Assembly (NCBI GenBank): GCA_048013815.1
Contig: CM106586.1
Span: forward strand, 13,578,001-13,642,000
Source of the DNA: Setoptus koraiensis
Lineage: Eukaryota; Animalia; Arthropoda
Reading direction: 5' to 3'
Length of the DNA: 64,000 bases
Positions 56,298-64,000 of the stretch are shown here, piece by piece (the first letter of the stretch is position 1; each line of letters starts with the position of its first letter). The notes beneath the pieces are model-generated. The model was not told the origin of the DNA. It did not search any database and saw only the letters and a program-made list of their open reading frames with translations. The position numbers and the translations under genes are program-made.

Positions 56298-59200
56298 GTG
56301 TGTGTGTGCATTATGTATGAATTATCTATTTAAAATAATGTTAGCCAGGTAGAACAGGAATACACAACTGGCTTGATGGTTACATAAGAGCTTGCACAAA
56401 CAACAAATGGAATTTGTATCGTGAGTAATGTTGAAGCTAACACTGTCAGGCACGCACCCACATGGGTCATAGGTGTGTGAAAAGCGAAGTGTGACACGCA
56501 ACAACCGCTGGCAAGTTGCTATTGGCGGTCGCGTAGTAGTGACAAGTAAATATTGTAAGCTGACATAACTGACTAGAGATAAAGAAGTGCCAGTTTTGAT
56601 TTGGTTTTTGACATAATCTACTTAAGCCCATAATGAGATGAGGCGAGGCGAGGTGAAGTGAGACGAGAGGAGATGAGAGGAGAAAAAGGGGAAAATGGGT
56701 AAAAAGGCGAGACGAGACGCGACTATTAGATAAGGAAAAATAAAATGAGCAACGAAAGACGAAATGTAATGAGATCTCTGTCGCAACAAAACGCAACTAT
56801 GCGTGCCTCTGGTCGCCTCAGTCCAGCGTACCTGGCAAGCTAACAAACAGAGCACTTTTGCATAACTTGAAACGTTGCCAGACGTGGCAAACTGCAAGTT
56901 ATGCAACGGTAAATGTGAGACGCCCACTTGATAATGAGCAGCTTTCACGGGGAGACAGAAAATTAGTTGTGGCGAGCAGTCGCGATTCAATGGCCCCAGC
57001 TCTATTAAGATTATCCGTTTGGATTATGCACCACGAGAGTTTGCAACAACATTATGCTGTTACTGACGATACCGCTGGCCTGTTATAGGTGCCGGCGCGC
57101 AAGTCGATGGCGCGATGGGGCCCCGGACGTCATCGAGGCGTGTTCTGCTCTTGCAATAATATCACCAGTGCCAGCTAAATTGCTGAATTGCCAGTGGGTG
57201 CCGAATGTAGCGAACGCAACGCAAACAGCGCTCACTAGACACATCAGCTAGGCCAAAAGTACTCACAAACTACACTACACTCGCTGTGTAGTCACTGCTT
57301 AGTTTATAAGCTAAGTATAGAGAGATAAACACAACAAACAGACAGCGCCTAGCTGGAGAAATACAAACACACGAGCGAGCGAGACAGACAGAGAGAGGGG
57401 CCCAAATATAAACAATGCAGCAACGGCGCGACGATGCCGGCGAGAATCTCCGATGAAGTTGCAACTTTTATCATGAGCCAGCATCACCTTAAAAAGCTGG
57501 CTGGCTGGCTGCTCGTGTTGCTCAGACGGGCCGGCGGTCGGACAGCCCGACAGCGAGCACATTAGGGCGCGTGCCGGACAACGGACGGCCGGGCAACGAA
57601 GGGCTGACATGAAAGGTGCGCTCCTGTGACGAATCGTTATTATCTCTGCACTTGCCACTCTGGCGCGGCTCTGGCGCGACTCTGGCGCGACTCTGGCCAG
57701 TTAGTCACTGGCTCGCCGGTTGGCAGCTCGATCGATGGCCGGCCGCTCGATGGCTGGCTATATGGCTCGTTAGACGGCTAGCCGCTCGTTAGATGGCCAG
57801 CTATCCACTTAAAACAGCCGGAGCAAACCAGCTAATGGGCCCCTGGACCGTGCAAGTGTGCGAGTGTGTGTATATGCGCATGGGGCGCGTTGGATACTGG
57901 TAGCGAGTGTCGTAAAGTGAGTTTAAATTGAATTTATGTCACTAATGTACAACGGCAGCATCAGCAACAACTGCGTCGCCAGTGCCGGCATGCAGTTGAG
58001 TGCAGCGCCAGCGGTGCTAATAATACAATAATGGAGCCGGATAAACTCAAAGATTTTGGGGCCCAATTGGGAGCTTGATTTCACGCACACTAAAGTGACA
58101 CAGTGTGTATTCATGTGCTTGTCCACTGACAAACAGGCTGCCCGTGTGAGTGGACCACTCCATGCTGCCGGCCTGGCCAGTTAATCTGGAAAGTAATCTC
58201 TCATTTGACCCAAATCAGATGAGATAAGATTATCAACTGGAGGCCAACTGGTTCCCAACTGGTGGGCACACTGTGCACCAGTGCTGATAGAGTGTACAGT
58301 GTGTTTCCGATAAACAGCCAGCCAGATACACGGCGAGCCAGATAGACAGCGAGCCGCGACTTTGCAGGGAAACGCCCGAGGTATTTAATGGACCATTAAG
58401 GCGAAACAATTTGGTCGCTGCTCGGATATTTATATTGATATAGATTGTTAAAAGTGGCCTGTGTGTCTGGCAACACGTTAGCATAACAAGCGAGCGACAG
58501 TGAGGCTAGTTTAAGTCAGTTAGTTAGTTAGCGAGCGAGCGAGCGAGGGTGTCGCGTACTCTGTACCTGGCTGGCAAGATAAGAGTGAGAAGAGCAACAA
58601 CAACAACAACAACAACAGCAGCAACAACAACATCAACAACAACAACAACTACGACAACGACAAGAGAGCAAATTACGCCTTTTAATGACACCAGCGCGCC
58701 AACGGCACCAATAGAGTGAAATGAACCGCGACAACCACAATATAACAGCAGCAACGACAACATTGTCATTAACAGCTAACAGCCAACAGCCAACAGCAAC
58801 CAGTAACTAGCAACAACCAACAATAACGCTAATGGAGAGAAGAAAAGTGAGAGGATTATACACAGACACAAGTAGTGTTATTATACAACAGTTATATAAC
58901 TGCGCCGCTGCTGCTGTCGGCCTGCTAATGAGCAAATAATGGCAAACAATGGCAAGCCAACTAACGGCTAACTGTAAGCTAACGGCTAGTGTCACGGGCG
59001 GCCACTAGTCGACCGGTTGTAAAAATACGTACGCATGACGTAATTTTCCCAGAGAGAGAGAGAGAGAGCGAGAGTAATAAATTATTGGATTGCTCTTTGG
59101 GCTGGCTCGCCATCAAGCTTGATTATGTTGATGCATGCAAAGCGCGTATGCAGCTAAAGTTATCTCCAGTTATAACTGTAACTCGCTAGCTCGCTGGCAG

Positions 59201-60517
59201 CTTGCGATCAGCTATCACTATCAATAATATAAACATACCCTCGCCAACGCCGCCGCAACCACCGACAAAAGCAACAACCGCGCCGACAAAAGCAACAACA
59301 ACGACAACAACGCCAATGACAATGACAGCAGCAACAACAACAACAACAACAACAACAAACACACCACCACTTACACAGTTGGCGCTCAGTGGGGCCCACA
59401 CAAGTTTGTTGGCTCACAGGTAATATTGTCGGCAGGCGATATTATTTAGTACACAAATAGGGCGTGCGCTATTTGCGCCTAAATAGGCTCTTTAGATTTA
59501 CCCGAGTGCTCTCAATAATGAATTGCCTGGCTGGCTCTTCGATGGTCAGCAAGCCAGCAAGCCAGCCGGCCAGTTCATACCCACTCGCACCGGCTATCGA
59601 TGGATATCGACGGATGGGTGCAGAAATGGCTTGCACAGAGCAGGAAATTGATTTTCACGCTGGCTGGTCAACGAGCCAGCGAGATAGCGCCCAATTGGCA
59701 ATACGACGACCTTTGTTACCACTGGCGCCACAGCGAGTGGCGCCAGTATTAATGAGCAAAAATTTTTATCACGCCGATAGCGGGGTGCGCCGATGGGTGC
59801 GGCCATCGGCGCCATGATAATCAGCGCTCTCGGGTTATCGGGCCACGGGGGCCCTGGGCATCTGGGGCCCGTGTGACTGTGGGCTACATTGGTTGGCGGT
59901 TGACAGCTTGAAACCAACTATGGCTGCCAGTGGGCCGCCAGTGACATTGATTGGCCAGAATTGATATTTGGACACACACACACAAGCGGGCCCAACTGGC
60001 TACACTAGCGACTTGACAGCGGGTGCACACTCCAAGCAATGATAATAAAAATGACGCCACCAGGTGAGTGACGTAACACAGGGGCCTGGCCCAGCGGGTG
60101 ACACACATAACAGTGAGTGTGGCGCTGTGACAAGTGCGTGGTTATCTAGGTTATTATCAGTCAGTTATTATCAGTCGTCGGTTGCGTTCACAGTTGATCG
60201 ACAGCATTTACGCTGACCAGGTATTGCCAGTTGATAGTGGTAGTCAGTTGACTTGTTTGGCTTACCATCACTCACGCCATGAGGCCACATATGAACAACG
60301 GATCAACAAATCATTTAGCCGGCAGCGCAGCGCCGCCAACTAATGATAAGATTACGATAGCACACTGCACTGCCAAGCCGGGGTCCCGTCTTGCGCCGGA
60401 CAAATAATAGCATTAATCTAACAAGCGAAAAGCTTCCATTAAGTGGACCAGCTCAAGTCAGTGAGTCTCGATAAGACGATCGCGTTCGCAAGTGAGATCG
60501 TTGAGGCTCCTAGTCAC

Positions 60518-61372
60518 GCGGCGTGACAAAATTGCCCCAAAGCGACAATTGTCTGACAAAATCTGACCAAATATTCAATGGTACTCGAATCTTTTCGTCT
60601 TTTCGCCGTGCTACAGCCGCAAAACTCCGCAAACTCACCATAAGCTCACCGGACACTGTTCCAGCTAATAGTGACACAAACATGTTTGGCATGTCATTTT
60701 TCCAACATCCACACGAGAACGTATAGCAACTTTCCAGTTGGCGAATAGTTCCAGAAACAGAGAAAATCAACTATTATTTGTGTTTTCGCGTGTCGCAGTT
60801 GCTGAGCATCACCAACTCGAACACATTTGCTCGATTGGCCAGACCATCGTTTGGGCCGGAAAGATCGCTGGAAAAATCCTTGTTCGTCTTTTTTCGGTTC
60901 TTTTCCGCATTTTTCGGCCCACTTCGAACTCTTGCAGGCTTTTTCGCCCCTTTTTTGGCCCCTTCCAGAATCAAAGAAAGCTAAAAATGTGTGCCCAAGC
61001 AGACAGTGATCACACGGAGTCGCCTCAGCCAAAACCTTACAATTTGAATGTTTTCATCTATTAGGCCGCCAATCAGACATCCGGCAACGTTTCGTCGGAA
61101 AATTTCGCGTCTAGGATTTGAATGAAAAAAAAGGCATTGCTGCATCTCTTTTTTCAAGGACAATCCAAGCGCTCCGATGCAAGCTGTCTAGGCTGCAACT
61201 TGTAAGGATTCTGAGTAGATCTGCGCCGAGCGAAATATCGGTAGAGAATACGCGAAAAAACGTAAAAATGAAAAATATTCGAAAAAATTGCGTTACGCCA
61301 ATTTCGCCACAGTTTTCGGGCACACAGTTACCGATTCTTTTGTCATCGAAAAGCGCAAATGTTTTTCTCTCG
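60518..61372. mobile_element. TE-like insertion flanked by an 8-bp direct repeat CTAGTCAC
   Basis: CTAGTCAC at 60510-60517 and 61373-61380 brackets a compositionally distinct A/T-run-rich patch. No convincing TIR. Confidence 0.35.
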
Positions 61373-64000
61373 CTAGTCACATTTGGTGAGCATTAGTGGT
61401 ACAGAACAAAATTTCGGAGTGACAGATGTCGTTGCATGTTGTTCATATTGTTGTCATTGGGCTTTTGGTCGATCAGCTCGCTCCCTTTCACTCTGGTGAG
61501 TGTCAAGCCGAAGCTCAAGCGCAATTAGAGCCTTGACTGTAGCAGGGCCACAAGGGCTCCTGGAAAAGGGACTGTTTACGTTGGCGTGGGTGTAAGGATT
61601 CCATGAGCACGGTTAGACAAAGATCACACAATAACAAAGATGTTCGAACTACAGTCACAAAGCCAGCCGCACTGACGGCTAAGTGAAGCCAGGTAAAGCA
61701 AAAATGGAGCCATTGTAGTTGCCATTGTGAGCTGGCACTCATGTATGCAAACCTTCGAGGGGCCCACCCGATTGAAATGTTATCCAAAAAAATTATCTGC
61801 GGATCTGGTTTTCTTTTTGTTCTTTTTGTTGCCGGTGCACGCACAGGCCAGGCGTAGCGAGTTATCTAATATATATGACACGATACGAGTTACATGTATG
61901 CCATAGTTGTATCACCATGATTGTATTGTTCGGCCAGCATTGTATTGGCTAGACACACACAGAGAGAGAGAGAGCCATTTCCACATTTGGTTGCTGCTTA
62001 TCCAGCTCATTTCACCAGCTCATGTATAATATTCGTTCCACCTGATCTCACCTGATTCCAGCTGGTCACAGGTATATACTGTACTATTGCACGCCCAATG
62101 AATTCAGCCATTTGTTTTTATCTGAATTTTGCTGGCTTCTGATTAATCGACCATGAACGTGTGTCTCTTTATTTCTAACTCGCTTGGTGTCTGTGAGAAT
62201 CATGCCCGAGACAATGAGAGATTAAACTCGCTCTCACAGGTCATCTAGTTGCCGCCATCAGTCTAGTGCGCCATCAGTGCTAAACTGGGAATTATTTATA
62301 TATTTCATCATGATAATATTAGCGATAGCACACAGATAGAGAGACGTAATGTCCACACACTGTGGAGCGACATTTAGATCCATCACCTCTGGTGTGCTTA
62401 GAATCGCTGGCAGGGGGAGCTGGCGGAGCAGATCAACAACAATCGATAGTCATCAACGAAGCGCCCCCTTGCAAGACATACACGTTTGTGGGTCCAGTTT
62501 GCGCGTCCTGGGCGCAGCTAGGCGATAGTTGAAAAAACAAAACGACAACTGTGAGTCGTGTGGGCCGCGATCCGCGGGCCCCAAAAGAATATTAAATCTA
62601 TCTGAGCATGATGACTATGCAAGTTTGTCTTGTCAATGCAACAAACTGGCATCTCGGCCATGCAACAGTAACAGCAACGCCAACAAATTTCTTGTATTTG
62701 TGTTGTTTGCCAGTGGGCAGCGAGTTTCGAGTTGCCAGTTGCGAGCAACGAACAGCAAAAAGGAGACATCATCAATCAAACAACTACTTGCTTCATATCA
62801 AAAGTAACGGGCTCGGCACCCAATCATCTGATATTTATGAGATAGCTGCACTCGCTCGCTATCATTTATCTGCTTACAAGCTCGCTGGCTGGCCCAGCAA
62901 GCTAGCCAGCGAGCTTGTAAGCGGGCTCGCCGAGAGGGGCGCTTCTAACGAGCCTCTTCTGGCTGGTTGGACGGGCGCGACACACACACACAATATGTAG
63001 AAACAACAAGGCAACAATGTACAAGTGCAACCAACAACAACACCTATCATCTCACACACTTATCGAATCTTATCTAGGGGTTATACATTCCGCCGACCTT
63101 AACTTGGCCAGCGACTAACACAAAACTACAAGTGGGCCCCACTCTGCCCCCGCGCCGCCTCTTACCTGGGAATAGCGGCAAGATAATCGATTTGCAAGAC
63201 GCTGACGGTGCCGACGGTGATTCGACAATGGCCCACGAGAAGCCCCACGAATGCTGAGCTCGGTTCACAGTGATACGAGCCCATTTGCACCGGTGCATTC
63301 GTTTGTTTACAGCGGCCCCAGCGTTTATTCACAATTTGGCTGCTAGCGTTTAGCGCATTAGCGTTGCTGGTTGGTTGCAATATTTCGGCTCGCCACCTCG
63401 CTCATAGAAAAGTTATGAGTTGAGGCCGCTTGCCACTCAAAACCCGTTTCGCTAGCGACCAGATTAAATGAAATTCTCGCCACTTTGCCCCCGCGTGACA
63501 AGCCATCAAGCGCCATTATTCAATATATCACCATGTATGGCCGATATGACATGATGCGATGCATGGCAAACCTAAAACGAGATCCGAGCTGATTCGTGTC
63601 GTCTTCGATTCGCGTGATACGCACCGCATATCAGCAACGTGTTTCATCGGTGGCCGCTTGCCAGCAAACACGTACAAGTTGCGTGGTGGACTGTTCTCAT
63701 TTTCATGAATACGACGCCACGAGCTGGAGTTTGTCTTGTTTGTGGGCCGTGTGCTCAATTTGGTATTTGTGTATGTTGGCTTCGGTCACTGGATAGCCGT
63801 GGAATTTGCAAGGCTTTCGACAGGCGCGACAAGTTTGCGCGCATTTGTGCATCAAACAGAATAAAAAGAATCGTGGGGCCAATAGCGGCCAAAAGCCGCT
63901 GTCTGGCGAGCCGCAAAAATCAACGGAAACGCTCATTATGGCGTTTCCCGTTGAGAGTGACAGCAAAGAATTATTATTGTTATTTGCAGTACAAGTGACC

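Noticed and set aside
59202-59419. Thr/Pro-rich frame ending at CAG|GTAAT, possibly a mucin-like exon
   Set aside because: It is fully explained by the ACA/CAA repeat and has no supported acceptor or neighbouring exon.
63166-63339. Possible minus-strand exon (CAG...CCCAG|GTAAG, 174 nt) with a GSYHCE Ig-like motif
   Set aside because: The motif is short, there is no partner exon or recognisable family, and phase 2/2 is atypical for Ig exons. Too weak to annotate without RNA-seq.
1-64000. tRNA, rRNA, snRNA or telomeric arrays
   Set aside because: None were recognised by eye. GGTTCGA-like hits fall inside coding sequence. A covariance-model search was not run.

Overview
Eukaryotic (metazoan) scaffold. 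An arthropod with a streamlined, intron-poor genome such as an eriophyoid-type mite is plausible, but that is inference. The window has two kinds of sequence. (1) Low-complexity, microsatellite-rich domains (1-34 kb, 38.7-45.8 kb, 56.3-64 kb). These hold a 9-exon PDE3-type cyclic nucleotide phosphodiesterase gene (<1-33938), a Cip/Kip CDK inhibitor and a candidate secreted Lys/Val-rich protein. (2) Compact islands of intronless or nearly intronless housekeeping genes: BOP1, stardust/PALS1, TMEM177, two RpL38 copies, a stand-alone OPRT and its pseudogene. Mobile DNA: a hAT-type MITE with an 8-bp TSD, a gag-only Ty1/copia LTR element and two weaker TE-like patches. There is one 500-N gap. The main observations are five. 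Seven of eight PDE3 acceptors sit behind 94-235 nt AG-free zones, which suggests distant-branch-point splicing. The copia primer-binding site matches the anticodon arm of tRNA-Asn rather than iMet. A rearranged RpL38-OPRT duplication has the OPRT upstream region inverted in front of RpL38. The OPRT lacks an ODC domain and has Arg->Pro in its catalytic loop. GGGCCC is strongly enriched in one compartment only. All alignments and counts were done by eye, and reference protein and tRNA sequences were recalled from memory.
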